A DNA stretch of 64,000 nt from Paraspadella gotoi (taxonomy: Eukaryota; Animalia; Chaetognatha): positions 11,027,142 through 11,091,141 of the forward strand of contig CM119266.1 of NCBI GenBank assembly GCA_051294375.1, given 5' to 3'. Made by a program: the position numbers and the translations under genes. Below, one piece after another: positions 42,314 through 57,487 of this stretch (its first letter is position 1; each line of letters begins with the position of its first letter). The notes below the pieces were generated by a model that was not told the origin of the DNA, did no database searches, and was given only the letters and a program-made list of their open reading frames with translations.

Positions 42314-43253
42314 GGACACTCGACGACGCCATCTTTTGTTTTTGTTTTACGAGCTGCGCGCGACATTTTGAAAAGCCGTAAAAAATTTGGAAACAAGCGC
42401 CCGTCAAAAGTCGCGGGCACATAAACAGGGGAAAGTTTTACTCTTGGGGGGGAAATCTTCCTTTTATTTTCTCTTCTTTTTTCTTTCCTTCTTTCTTTTT
42501 TGCCCTTCTCCTAACGTTATCTCTTTTTTAGGACCATTTGCAAGTTAAATTATATAAATAGGTTATTAGATAGCTTATTAATGAATTATTTACGAATAAA
42601 ATTAATCTAAACTGTAATATATATTCATATAAACAACGTCCCTCACGCCATCACGCCATCAGGCCATCGCGCAATCAGGCCACGTCATCTCTCTCTCGAT
42701 CCTCTTCAACGTCCACCCGGAGTCCCCCCCCCCGCGTCACGCGCGGATTTTTCGACGTCACGCTTCATTCGACGTCAACTCCCGGTCCGCGTCAATCCGG
42801 GTTGACGCGTCAAAAAGCCGCAGTTCGCGTCACGAAAGGCTCGACGCGTCGACGCCAAACGGAAGGATCGTTTATTTTCTCTCTCGACGTCTCGTCTCGA
42901 CCCGCGTATCTGGTCCTCGTCAGAGGGCGTCCGTCAAAGTTTAGGGAGGAATGGGGACGACGAAGATGACGACGACGACGACGACGATGGTAGCGACAGT
43001 GAGAAAAGATAAGTGAAATTCCCAGGAGGAGGCGAGCGGCGACGTCCGAAAGATAGGGTCGCAGAGATGGGATCGTATAGATGGGGACTATGACATGGGG
43101 ACAGGAATATTAAGGGTAAGATATAGGCTGGTTGCGGTGAATTCCTCTGGAACTATGGGCAATTGGGCATGTCTTAGTGTACAAAACAGTTTGATGTTAA
43201 ATCTATTTGTAGTTTTACAACTTTTACGACGTCCACGCACTAATTTGGGAATT

Positions 43254-43284
<31 letters not shown>

Positions 43285-43824
43285 ATATAACAAAGTCTGT
43301 CCATAAATATGAGCAGTTTCGTTTTGTATATTATTCTTTAACCATCTCATTTAAAAAGCCTTAGAACACGATTAACAAATCTCGATGATTCAATCTTCCC
43401 TTCATCGCGTGTTAGGTACATCATTCGCCTCCCGAGTTTTATTCCGCGTGACTCCCACTCAATCCACCCGCCCCCCCTCTCCTCCCCTCCACCCCCCCTC
43501 TCTGTCGGAGAGCGAAAAATAAAAAGAATCTCTTCTTTCGCGCTTCTTCGTCTTCGATGCGCATCGCTAATGTAATTTCTTGTTCTTTTGTTTCCCAACG
43601 ACGACGACGACGACGACGACGACGGACGACCGACGACGGACGACACGACGCATGCGACGTGGGGTCGAGCGACGACGACGGCCAACGAGACGCACATCGC
43701 CTAAGATTGAATCCGATTTTTTTTTGCCCATAAAAACCTTCTGGATTCTCGTCTCTCTTCCTTCTCGTTCTCTCTTCTCTCATCTCTCCCTCTCTCCGCT
43801 CTTCCTCTACTCTCTCTCTCTCCT

Positions 43825-45480
<1,656 letters not shown>

Positions 45481-46875
45481 AGACATTCCGTGCCGGTCTT
45501 CTATTTGGGTCTTTCTATCTTTCGCTATATGTAGTCGAATATCTGATCCCTGGCGTAGTAGCGTTAATCTGAATTTTTACTTGCTCTCTTTAAATTTCTT
45601 CACTCCAACTACCTTCGAGACCCTCAGCTCCCTCATAACTGGCTCTCCCGGTCCTGCCAAGTCCTATTTCACCGTTTCTATACATTAAATCCTTCGCTTA
45701 CCAATCGCTTTGAACTGCATCTCCAAACAACGAGAGTGTCTTGAACCTTAAGTTCTTGCAATCCTGCCCACAACGGACAGCTTCAACATACATTAGCCAC
45801 TTACAGCCTTGCTTCTCTATCATATCAGCCACACAGCCTGCTCCTTCGCTTTCTAACGCCAACCCACCGCCTGCTCTACGCTTTTTTTTCTCTTCCTCCT
45901 CCTCTTGCCGCCCCGCCCTGCCCCTCTCCTGCCATCCAAATTTCTATTTCGGTTGTTTTGGTCCGACCGCCACACATATCGCCACATCCGGCGTCGATGC
46001 GGCGCGTCCCGCCGCCGTCCCACCTCTGTTGCCGCCGCCCCGCCCCCCTGCGCCCGACCGCTTCCTCTGCCCGTTTAGCCAGACTGTCCGCTCACCAATG
46101 ACCGTTCGGGCTTATTTCTCTGTTATTGCGCGAGATAGTGATTAGGAGGACGAGCATGTTTTTTTTTGCGGAGATAGAGATTTGAGCAGAGAGGGAGGAG
46201 GAGATGGTTATTGATGAAGTAGGGAGATGAGTAGATATGGCTGGAGAGAGAGAGAGATGGGAGAGGAAGAGAGTGGAAGATGAGAGAAGAGAGAAAGCAT
46301 TCCATTTGACGTTTGGTTCTTTCTTTTATTTCCCTTTTTTTTCCTTTTTCTTTATTTCCTAATAGTTACCGAATAAAATGACCAAGAAAAAAAAAAGGAC
46401 GAGACTACTGAGAAAATGTTTTCTCAGCACCGTAAGCAAACTATACACTGAGAACCGAAGAGAGAGAGAGATGAGGGGAGATGGAGAGGAGTAGGAGAGA
46501 GAGAGTGAATGAGATGAGAGAAGAGAGTGGGAGAGATGAGATGATTGAGAGATGATAGAAGAGAGAGAAGCAATAAGTGAAATGTAATAAGCAGTCAAAG
46601 TTGGAGGGAAAGATTTAAGCCATCAATGAGGGGATTACAGGGCGGGAGAGGGAAAAGTGTGAGAGACGAGGCTGGGCCGGAATGGGCCGAGTGAAGAAAA
46701 ATTACATTTTCGAGCGATAAGATTGAATTATTTTGCATGTTTTCTTTATTCCGCGCGCGAAATAACGGTTGGTCCAGTGAGTGCTGAAAATAAGAGAAGG
46801 AGAGAAGGGAATGAGAGAGAGAGAGGAGAAGAGAGAGAGAGAGAGAGAGAGAGAAGAGAGAGAGAGGAGAGAGAG

Positions 46876-46909
<34 letters not shown>

Positions 46910-47036
46910 TAACGACGACTTTGGAAGCCTGCCACTCCACTTCCTTCCTTCCGTCGTCTCCTAGCAACAAACAACATGGCGACATCAGCCGGCGACTTTG
47001 ATTGGTGGAAATTCGGCGTCATCAAGACCGAGGGAT

Positions 47037-47068
<32 letters not shown>

Positions 47069-48108
47069 ATCGTTGCCGAGAGGGAATGAAGGGAGGGAGC
47101 GAATTGTGGTGGGAGGGAATGGAGAAAAGAGGGCGGGGGATATCAGTTGATAGGGGACAGACGGAAACACTGCGAAATGAAAGTAAATCAGCCGCTTATG
47201 GGGTTGGATAAAAGCGGCGAAAGCTTTGGCGGGAAATGGCGGAAAATGGCGGCGAAAGCGGCGGCGTAAAATGGCGGGGAGAGCGGCTAATGCGGCGCTT
47301 GTGGTCTGGCGTCAACGAGGGCCGAAAGCGGATTAGTGGCGCCCGCGGTTTGAGACGAGAAACTCGATTCGATGAGAAACCAGAGGAATAACTTTAATTA
47401 GTTAGAAATCTAGACGTCGTCGTCGTTATCGTCGTCGTCGTCGTCACAGGCGCTGTTCCCCCACTGGAATCCAGAAGCGTCGATAGATAAGGCTGTCATT
47501 TTGAACAAAATCCCTACCCTACCGCTGTCGTCGTCGTCGTTTTCGTCGTCGTTGTCGTCGTCATCGACGTCGTATCTTTTTTAAAATTTCAAAGATATTA
47601 AAAATTGTATTTTTTTAAATTTCTTCATTTATCTCATAATTTCTTGAACAAACCAGCTATTTTTTTTATAAAAATGTTAATATTTTTTCGGTTGATTTAT
47701 TTCATAATTATATTTTACTTTCTTTTATATTCATTATAAATAATCACTCGGTCGTATACTCTCCGCGTTTCACCCAGTTTCCCAGTATCTCTTTCACTAT
47801 CGGTCCATCATTACTGAGCAATCATCATCAGTAGCAGTCTGTCAACGGTATCTCTCTCTCTTTCTCTCTCGCTACTCCGTCAACGTCAATCGAGTGAAAG
47901 ATGGCGCAGTTTGTCCTCGAAGTCGACGATGACGACGACGGGGCAACAACAACGACAAAGCGGACGACGACGACGACGACGACGACGACGAAGAAGAATA
48001 ATTTTGTCGTTTTCATTTTGTTGAGCGAGAAGAGCAAAGGTGAACGTCTCTCTCGTTCCTTCAACGTTCTTGTTTCCTTTCTCAAAGAGCTTTCACCTGA
48101 CGCCGGCG

Positions 48109-48216
<108 letters not shown>

Positions 48217-49319
48217 CACATGGGGGGGATCGAGAGTTAGGAAAGAATCGGTTTTTGTGCAGAAACGAAAAAAAGAATAAATATTGCAAGATAAAAGGAA
48301 AAAGAGAAAAAAAAAAGCGCAAGAAAAGAAAATCTCAGAAATATTTTTTTTTTAGCTCCGTAAAAAAAAAGAAGAAAATCTGGCGAATTCACTTGCTTTA
48401 TGCGCATGCGTGAAAGCCAGAAGTTTTTTTTTTCTCTTTTATTCAACTTTATTATTCTATCGCCCTATTCATTCTTTCTTTCTTTATTCCTTCTTTCTTT
48501 CTTCCTATTACTTCCTTGATTTTTGCTTTGTTTTGTGTCCCTCTTAGTTTTAATGGGTAGAGGTTGTGGAAATAGAGGGAAAGGCTTCTAAGGTAATTTA
48601 TATTAAATAATCGTTACGATTGTAACGGGTTTTTGCGGAACAACAACAATTTAATGGATAATTTTTATATTCGTTGTACCAATTTCATCATTGACGCGAG
48701 GAAGAAAATAAATGAGAAAAAAAGAAGAAGACTATTAAGGGAAAAGTATAAAACATTTCTGCGAAATTATTTATATTAAATAGAAGAAATTCGTGAGGAC
48801 AATCGACAAATATTCACGACAACATAGTCAGTCGGTCGGTCGGTCTAGTTGCATTCATGTTGCTCGATCCCGAGACTTTTCGAAAAGAAGAACGACAGAG
48901 ACGGAGAGGTGAGAGACAGAGACGAAAATCCCAGGGGAGAGGGGGAGAGGNNNNNNNNNNNNNNNNNNNNNNNNNNNNNNNNNNNNNNNNNNNNNNNNNN
49001 NNNNNNNNNNNNNNNNNNNNNNNNNNNNNNNNNNNNNNNNNNNNNNNNNNNNNNNNNNNNNNNNNNNNNNNNNNNNNNNNNNNNNNNNNNNNNNNNNNNN
49101 NNNNNNNNNNNNNNNNNNNNNNNNNNNNNNNNNNNNNNNNNNNNNNNNNNNNNNNNNNNNNNNNNNNNNNNNNNNNNNNNNNNNNNNNNNNNNNNNNNNN
49201 NNNNNNNNNNNNNNNNNNNNNNNNNNNNNNNNNNNNNNNNNNNNNNNNNNNNNNNNNNNNNNNNNNNNNNNNNNNNNNNNNNNNNNNNNNNNNNNNNNNN
49301 NNNNNNNNNNNNNNNNNNN

Positions 49320-49351
<32 letters not shown>

Positions 49352-49811
49352 GAGAACAAATGCAAAGGATCATGATACGGTTTTAATTTCAAATTGAAAA
49401 AAAATTGTAATACATACTTGCTATTACCAGTTTCATGGTTTCTCGATAATTGTTATCGTTTCATGACGTGAGCATTTATCTCTCTCATTTATTACTTTTA
49501 TTATTACTGTTAAAAATACTAAAATCGAGTGCATTAATTACGTTTATCACTCATATACGTTTTATATTTAACGAATTTGAATAATTTAGCTCCTTAACAT
49601 AATTTAGTTTCATAACGCAAAAAATGTCATTTTGTACCTTTCTCTCCGTCTTAATAAGAGAATAATATAAAAATATTTTTTATCGGTTCATGTTTTAAAT
49701 TTTCTTTTCCTCTCGCCGTCTGTGACCATTATGACAGAAGCGGAAAATAATCAATGAAGAAAACAAAACGAAGACAAAAAAAAAAAGAAGAAAAACTAGA
49801 AGAAAAGAAAA

Positions 49812-49842
<31 letters not shown>

Positions 49843-50338
49843 ACAACCAGGTACTTCCTTTGTCTTTATTGGTTTCTTCCTTCGCATTCATAATTCATAT
49901 TCGATCCTCGCCTCCCATCGCATCGATTCCTTTCCTTTCCTCCGGTTTCTTTTCTTTTCTTTCTTCTTCCTCCTCTTCCTCCCCATTCGTGGTTTTCCTC
50001 CACGTTAAAAATTAAAAAGAAATGGATAAAAATCCCTTTTCCTTTCTTCCTCGTTTCTAATTTTTTTTTCTGCCTGCGCTCTCTCCCTTTTTCTCTCTCT
50101 TTCTCGTTATTTTCACTTCACTCACTCACTATCTCTCTCTCTCTCTCTCTCTCTCTCNNNNNNNNNNNNNNNNNNNNNNNNNNNNNNNNNNNNNNNNNNN
50201 NNNNNNNNNNNNNNNNNNNNNNNNNNNNNNNNNNNNNNNNNNNNNNNNNNNNNNNNNNNNNNNNNNNNNNNNNNNNNNNNNNNNNNNNNNNNNNNNNNNN
50301 NNNNNNNNNNNNNNNNNNNNNNNNNNNNNNNNNNNNNN

Positions 50339-50376
<38 letters not shown>

Positions 50377-52246
50377 GATGCCAGTCAGACTTGGTGAAAG
50401 TGGAGAAGAAAAGAAAACAGAGAAACGAGTAACGGGAAACAAAAAAACAATTTCCATGTTATTTCCGACCGGATTTTGAAATGCATGGTCGAGCGTGGAA
50501 TCCAAACGCCAGCGTAACACGTTAACCCCTTTGGGGACTTTCTTGCAGGTGGGGAGAGGGACGGGGTGAGGGGAAAGTGGGGTTTAAGAAGGTGAGGGCG
50601 AGAGGAAAGGGTTCGATATTGAAACTCAAGGGCAAAGCAGGAGTGGGTAAGGACCGCAGTTCTGCGAGTAAGTCGTCAGGGTCTGGAAATCGGGCAGTTC
50701 AGGACTTCCGAGTAAGTGAACAGAGGTGAAAGAATTAATGAAACTTGGAAAGTGAATATTTAAAAAAAAAAATTAAACGATCGAGAGATGGAACAAAAGA
50801 GATCAGACTTGACGAGGTGTTGATGTGTCAGGGGATAATGTGATATGGAAAGGGGTAAAGTAGGATGTTGGTTCGGAAGGTTGCTTAGTGACGAAACACA
50901 ACTCCGTGAATAAAATCGATGACGGTTTGTATCGGAAAAAAGAAACGTGTACGAGCTCGGCACGGGTTGGGGGCGGGTGTAAGAGATCATTATTTAATAT
51001 GATCTTTAATGAGATTAATTGTATCTGTGTTGGGCCGCGCGGTTCCCCTTCGCGTTTTGGATCGCAAAATGCAAGCTTCTTCCCTGCGGTCCTGGATTGG
51101 CGGGCCTGGACCAATCACCGTCGAGAATTGGGAGAAGATAATTGTATCTTTTTTACCGCGGTTTCCGTGCCCAGTCATTGAGGAAACGCGTTGGTCGTAG
51201 CCTTATTGAGTCGCATATGATCTTGTTTACTAGACGGCCAACCGTTTTCAAACCCAGTAGAGGTTATATTTTACTTGCGACGCACGAATTTTTAACTTGT
51301 TTTTAATCTGTTTTTAATCTGTTTTTAACTTGTTTTTAATCGGTTTTAATACGTTGATTTCGTGCCTTTTATTTGATATTAATATACGTTTTTAACCTCA
51401 CTAACATTCGAATTCCTGGCCGAGCAATTTAGGTTATTTTAGATACAAGATCAAACATTAATAAATCTGCGGAATTTGAAAACAAAATCCCTGACTGCTT
51501 CTCCTAATTTCCAAGCTACCAAACCCTATCATAGAAAAAATATTAGATTTAGATTAGTTTAGATCAGCATTTAAATAATTAAATTTAACAAAAACCTATA
51601 TATAGAACACTGAATAGGAGATGACCTTGAAATTACAGTGAGAAACGAAGAGAGAATTAACTCAAGGCTTAAATTTGAGGGGCTCGTGCTCTGATAAAGA
51701 CAACCGAGAAGGACGCGACTGCACCATTCCCGCGCCACGTGACCTCAGAGAGAGAGAGAGACATAGAGAGAAAGAAAGAATGAGAGAAAGAGTGAGAGAA
51801 AGAGAGAGAGNNNNNNNNNNNNNNNNNNNNNNNNNNNNNNNNNNNNNNNNNNNNNNNNNNNNNNNNNNNNNNNNNNNNNNNNNNNNNNNNNNNNNNNNNN
51901 NNNNNNNNNNNNNNNNNNNNNNNNNNNNNNNNNNNNNNNNNNNNNNNNNNNNNNNNNNNNNNNNNNNNNNNNNNNNNNNNNNNNNNNNNNNNNNNNNNNN
52001 NNNNNNNNNNNNNNNNNNNNNNNNNNNNNNNNNNNNNNNNNNNNNNNNNNNNNNNNNNNCCGCCATGACACAATGACACCATGAAGATTATGCGCAGGAA
52101 AAACCGATTTCCCCACAAAATCAAAACTGTCATGTTTTCGATATGGATACGAAAAGGAGCGAGAGAGAGAGGGAGCGAGAGCACGCGAGAGAGGGAGCGA
52201 GCAAGAAAACGAACGAGAGCCCAAGTGCGACGGGGTGAAAAGGAAT

Positions 52247-52277
<31 letters not shown>

Positions 52278-52714
52278 TAACGCTTCGTTGAAATGAAAAA
52301 GGATGAATACGAATTCTTGATTTCCCATTTTCTTTCTTTTTTTTTCTTTTTCAGTATATTTTTGCAAAGCTTTGTTTCCATCACAAAAATATCGACGTTA
52401 TTGTGGATGCAGAGAGAAAATGGAAAATATGGAAACAAAAATATCGAACACTTTGTCTTTCTCTCTCTCTATCTTTTTTTTTACTCTCGCTATATCTTAG
52501 TCTCTCACTCTCGGTGAAAATTATTATCAATATTGTTGCTAATGCATGAGCTCGATAATTCAACGCGCCCGACCGTGAACGAAAAATTAAAAAAAAAGGC
52601 CATAATTTAAAAAAAATCGCGAACCAGTCATCCATTAACCTTTGACTCTTTTTTATTTTTCTGCTTTTAATTCATTGGATTATTCATTAAATCCGGTTTT
52701 CACTCTTCTCTGCG

Positions 52715-52759
<45 letters not shown>

Positions 52760-53345
52760 TCAAAAACGCGATATCGATTCATAAATTACCTCAGTTTGAA
52801 AATTCATTTTCCCTAACCTCATTAAAATTTTATATTGAAGATTTTTTAGGATGAAAAAGAAATTTTTTTTCCCTCCAGCCTTGGACGAATAATTTTGTCA
52901 TTAATTCGGTCCCGAGTTCCTTGAGGCTTCAGCGAAAATGAAAAAGACTGATAGATTCATTTATTGCTTCATTCATTCCTTTTTGCCTTTTCTTTTTTAA
53001 AGCCTTCTCAATTTATTCGTTCGTTGGCTCCTTCATCCATCAGTCCATCCTTTAGGCATCCGGGGCTTTTCATTCTCTTCATCATTTCAACCATCTCATT
53101 TCCTACTTTCATTATTTTCATCACTTCACGCGCAACAGCTTGACTTCACTTCACCATTTTACCTACAAATTATTTCTTTTTATCACTTTACATCGCAATT
53201 CACTTTTCACGTTCATTCTTGTTAACACTTCAGTCAACCAACTCACTTTCATTCTATTCATCACTTCTCACACCCAATTCTCATTTTCCTTCATTTCATC
53301 ACTTCAGTCAACTCACTTCCCTTATTCCCCCCACTTTCAACTCAC

Positions 53346-53471
53346 CTTTCCCTGCATGATGAATCTGATGGTCAGCATTTGCGGCTGATTGTCCCCTCCC
53401 GGAGACCCCTGCCCCGATTGGTTGTTTCCCCCTGGGGAGTGGGGGGCCTGTTGCGCCCCCTGGGTCGTCAT
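53346..53471 (-). CDS. PCBP: Coding exon of a poly(rC)-binding KH-domain protein (PCBP / Drosophila mub / C. elegans pes-4 family); N-terminal tail plus start of KH1
   Basis: Translates MTTQGAQQAPHSPGGNNQSGQGSPGGDNQPQMLTIRFIMQGK (42 codons). LTIRFIMQGK matches the PCBP-family KH1 start (LTIRL[L/I]M[H/Q]GK-EVGSIIGKKG). It ends in AAG|GTGAGT, a consensus phase-0 donor (53345-53340), at the point where I recall vertebrate PCBP2 also has an intron. The 5' end abuts an N gap, so the ATG at 53471 may not be the true start. Confidence 0.85.
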
Positions 53472-54148
53472 GTNNNNNNNNNNNNNNNNNNNNNNNNNNN
53501 NNNNNNNNNNNNNNNNNNNNNNNNNNNNNNNNNNNNNNNNNNNNNNNNNNNNNNNNNNNNNNNNNNNNNNNNNNNNNNNNNNNNNNNNNNNNNNNNNNNN
53601 NNNNNNNNNNNNNNNNNNNNNNNNNNNNNNNNNNNNNNNNNNNNNNNNNNNNNNNNNNNNNNNNNNNNNNNNNNNNNNNNNNNNNNNNNNNNNNNNNNNN
53701 NNNNNNNNNNNNNNNNNNNNNNNNNNNNNNNNNNNNNNNNNNNNNNNNNNNNNNNNNNNNNNNNNNNNNNNNNNNNNNNNNNNNNNNNNNNNNNNNNNNN
53801 NNNNNNNNNNNNNNNNNNNNNNNNNNNNNNNNNNNNNNNNNNNNNNNNNNNNNNNNNNNNNNNNNNNNNNNNNNNNNNNNNNNNNNNNNNNNNNNNNNNN
53901 NNNNNNNNNNNNNNNNNNNNNNNNNNNNNNNNNNNNNNNNNNNNNNNNNNNNNNNNNNNNNNNNNNNNNNNNNNNNNNNNNNNNNNNNNNNNNNNNNNNN
54001 NNNNNNNNNNNNNNNNNNNNNNNNNNNNNNNNNNNNNNNNNNNNNNNNNNNNNNNNNNNNNNNNNNNNNNNNNNNNNNNNNNNNNNNNNNNNNNNNNNNN
54101 NNNNNNNNNNNNNNNNNNNNNNNNNNNNNNNNNNNNNNNNNNNNNNNN

Positions 54149-54404
54149 GCGGCTGGTGCTGGGGCTGCGGTTGGTGCGACGGCGACCGGAAGTCCTCCCG
54201 GTCGAGGACGAAGGCGGCGGCTGCGGCGGCGGCGGCGGCGGCGCCGGGATCGACGGCGGCTGCGGCGGCGACGCTGGCGTCGAACGCGTTGACGCACGGG
54301 TTGGAAGGCGGCGGCAAGGCGTCGAGGAAGAACGGGGACGCTGAGGGAAAAATGGTGGTGGTTGGGTGAGCGGGCGAGAGCGGCGGAGGCGGCGGCGGTG
54401 GCAA
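54149..54404 (-). other. GC-rich segment upstream of the PCBP exon: 5' UTR or low-complexity N-terminal coding extension
   Basis: Stop-free frame with poly-Pro, poly-Ala and QPQPQHQP running into the gap that precedes the PCBP exon. No ATG after the upstream TAA. Possible acceptor TTTTTCCCTCAG ending at 54341. Frame continuity across the gap cannot be established. Confidence 0.3.
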
Positions 54405-56879
54405 CGTGTGGATTTCTCTTTCGTGTTCTTTTGTTTAATTATTCGATCGTCGTTTATTCGGCGTCAGGCGGCGACGGCGGTGTCGGCGGCGGCGAGGATC
54501 GCCTACGCAAATTCGTCGTCAACGGTGGCGTCGTCGTCGTCGTGCGTTTCCGGGTTTCCTTATTTGGCAAAGCGCTTGTTACGTGCGGTTGTCTTTTGTT
54601 TATTTCTTTGCGCGCGCGTGTGTGTGAGTGAACGAATTCTCTTTTTTTTTTTTTTAGTGCGAAATTATTAAAACTAGGGGCGGGATCTCCTTGGATTTAT
54701 AATTTTCGTTCTTTTTTTAATAGCGTTTTTAATATTCCCCTTTTTTCAGTGCAAAAGTTTTATTTTAAATTTTTTAATATATTTTGTAAAAAAATTACTT
54801 TTCGAAATCCTCCGGAAGTTTGTTTATCTTGATTTTCTTTTTTAAAGTTCAAAACATCTCAATCTCTCCTTAGTTAATTATTCAAGNNNNNNNNNNNNNN
54901 NNNNNNNNNNNNNNNNNNNNNNNNNNNNNNNNNNNNNNNNNNNNNNNNNNNNNNNNNNNNNNNNNNNNNNNNNNNNNNNNNNNNNNNNNNNNNNNNNNNN
55001 NNNNNNNNNNNNNNNNNNNNNNNNNNNNNNNNNNNNNNNNNNNNNNNNNNNNNNNNNNNNNNNNNNNNNNNNNNNNNNNNNNNNNNNNNNNNNNNNNNNN
55101 NNNNNNNNNNNNNNNNNNNNNNNNNNNNNNNNNNNNNNNNNNNNNNNNNNNNNNNNNNNNNNNNNNNNNNNNNNNNNNNNNNNNNNNNNNNNNNNNNNNN
55201 NNNNNNNNNNNNNNNNNNNNNNNNNNNNNNNNNNNNNNNNNNNNNNNNNNNNNNNNNNNNNNNNNNNNNNNNNNNNNNNNNNNNNNNNNNNNNNNNNNNN
55301 NNNNNNNNNNNNNNNNNNNNNNNNNNNNNNNNNNGAAGATGCGCGCTGGCGAGGTGTGGGCGAGGGCGCGAAGTTCGCTGAGGCGGCGTCGGCAGCGGCG
55401 TCGGCAGCGGCGTCGGCAGCGGCGGTTCTAAAAACGAAGATTAAGTCCGTTTCACCAGAAGCTTTTGTCCGTCGGTTTGTCTGGAGAGAAAGAGAAAAGG
55501 GTTGTTTAAAATAAAACATTAGTCAACAATTAGTAAATTAAAAATAAAATTAAAAATATATAGCAACACTAACTATTATATTTCTATTTTAAAAAAAATG
55601 ATTAAAATAAAAATCTTTCTTTTTTTTCTTATCGGCCATCTTCCTTCCAAGACAACGACTACAACGACAAATTCGGAGAAAAACAAATCCGCAGCACTCT
55701 GCGGATTCGCTGCAGGAAAGTCAACAGCAGCGGGAGCAACATTTTCGACGGCTTCAGCTCAAAACAACAAACGACTTGCGCTAAACTGCAGCCGGGAGAT
55801 GCAATCGTTGCTGCATCGACGACAGCTGTTCAAACATCTGCGGCCTGAAATGATATTAAATAATGGTTCAATTCACTATGGCGACATGGACGGCTCTCGC
55901 GACGACAGATAAAGGCAACAGGATGAGTAAAGTAAAAGACAAAAGGACTAAAGCGGAAACTTTTTTATCTTTTAGCGAATTTTCGCTAGAAAATCTGAAA
56001 TTTGTTCAGAAAAGCCGTTGGGATCGGAATGGGATTGATTTAGCCCGTGGGTTTTTAGGGTTTTGGCCAAAATTTGACTCGGGTTCGATCCAGGGTTCCG
56101 TCGGGGTTCCGTCGGGGTTCGAACCCGAGATGAAAAATTGGAATTTGATCTCCGCACATCGGTTACAGAAAACAAAATTTAAAAAAATTTTTTCGGGAAA
56201 AATTTGAGAAGAAAACTTCGAGAACGTGAAGATAAAGAAAAAATAAAAATATGAATTATAATTCAAGAAAGAGACTAAAAAGAAAAAAAAAGATTTAACA
56301 TTAAGGCTCTANNNNNNNNNNAGGGAATGTTTTTAATGCCCGGGTTTAACGTGGCGCTGACGACGACGACGACGACGACGAAAATCCACTCGTTTTTTTA
56401 TTTCTTTAAAACCGAAAATGGTATCGAAGCCTTTCATCAAAGAAATAGAATGAGAGTGAAAAGGAAGAAACTTAAAATCATTTTCCCCCCGTTTTCGTTC
56501 TTTCTTATTCAGTGTGATAGATAAAGGTGGTTAGGGATATCTGGGTGACAAAAATAGAGGAAGACCTTAATAGGTTTTCTCGTATCTTTTATGTTTTTTC
56601 CCTATTTTTAGATTTTTATTTCAATTTCAAGGTCGTGTTTACATATTTGATACTTTAGTTAAAATACATTTATCGAGACGCTTGCTAATTTATACCATCG
56701 TTTGGTTTTTGAAATTATATACATGTAGCTTGCATCAGGATAAAAAAAAAGCGAGATACTAAATTCCCTCCCTCGGGCATAAAGACCAGAAAACGAATCG
56801 AGGGAGAAAGATCAAGAAAATTTTACTGGAAGATCTTAATCATCTCCTTCTTTTACTTATTTTTCAATTTCTACTTCTC

Positions 56880-56967
56880 CTTCTTCTTCTTCTTCTTCTT
56901 CTTCTTCTTCTTCTTCTTCTTCTTCTTCTTCTTCTTCTTCTTCTTCTTCTTCTTCTTCTTCTTCTTC
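56880..56967 (+). repeat. (CTT)n microsatellite
   Basis: Direct observation. Confidence 0.95.
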
Positions 56968-57487
56968 ATTTCAATTCCCGATTCATTCCATTTCCCTTTT
57001 GTTTCTTTGTTTTCGTCCNNNNNNNNNNNNNNNNNNNNNNNNNNNNNNNNNNNNNNNNNNNNNNNNNNNNNNNNNNNNNNNNNNNNNNNNNNNNNNNNNN
57101 NNNNNNNNNNNNNNNNNNNNNNNNNNNNNNNNNNNNNNNNNNNNNNNNNNNNNNNNNNNNNNNNNNNNNNNNNNNNNNNNNNNNNNNNNNNNNNNNNNNN
57201 NNNNNNNNNNNNNNNNNNNNNNNNNNNNNNNNNNNNNNNNNNNNNNNNNNNNNNNNNNNNNNNNNNNTACCGGTTAAAAACATTCGCTGTTACTTCTCTT
57301 TCCAGATCCCCCATTAATAAAAAAAGCCCATTACTGTTTTATTTCTTTCTCCCTATTTTTTTTAGAATTTAAAAAAAAAAATTTGCCTCAACTCCATTTA
57401 TTTTTTTTTATCCCGATTCTTTCCCTTTTATTGAAAAATCCTCGATATGAAAAAAAAAGATGTGAGGGGCGTTTTCGTGGCGAGCGG

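Noticed and set aside
56080-56128. GGTTCGATCC / GGTTCGAACCC B-box-like motifs suggesting a tRNA or SINE
   Set aside because: Part of a short ggggttccgtc repeat; no A-box or cloverleaf could be built.
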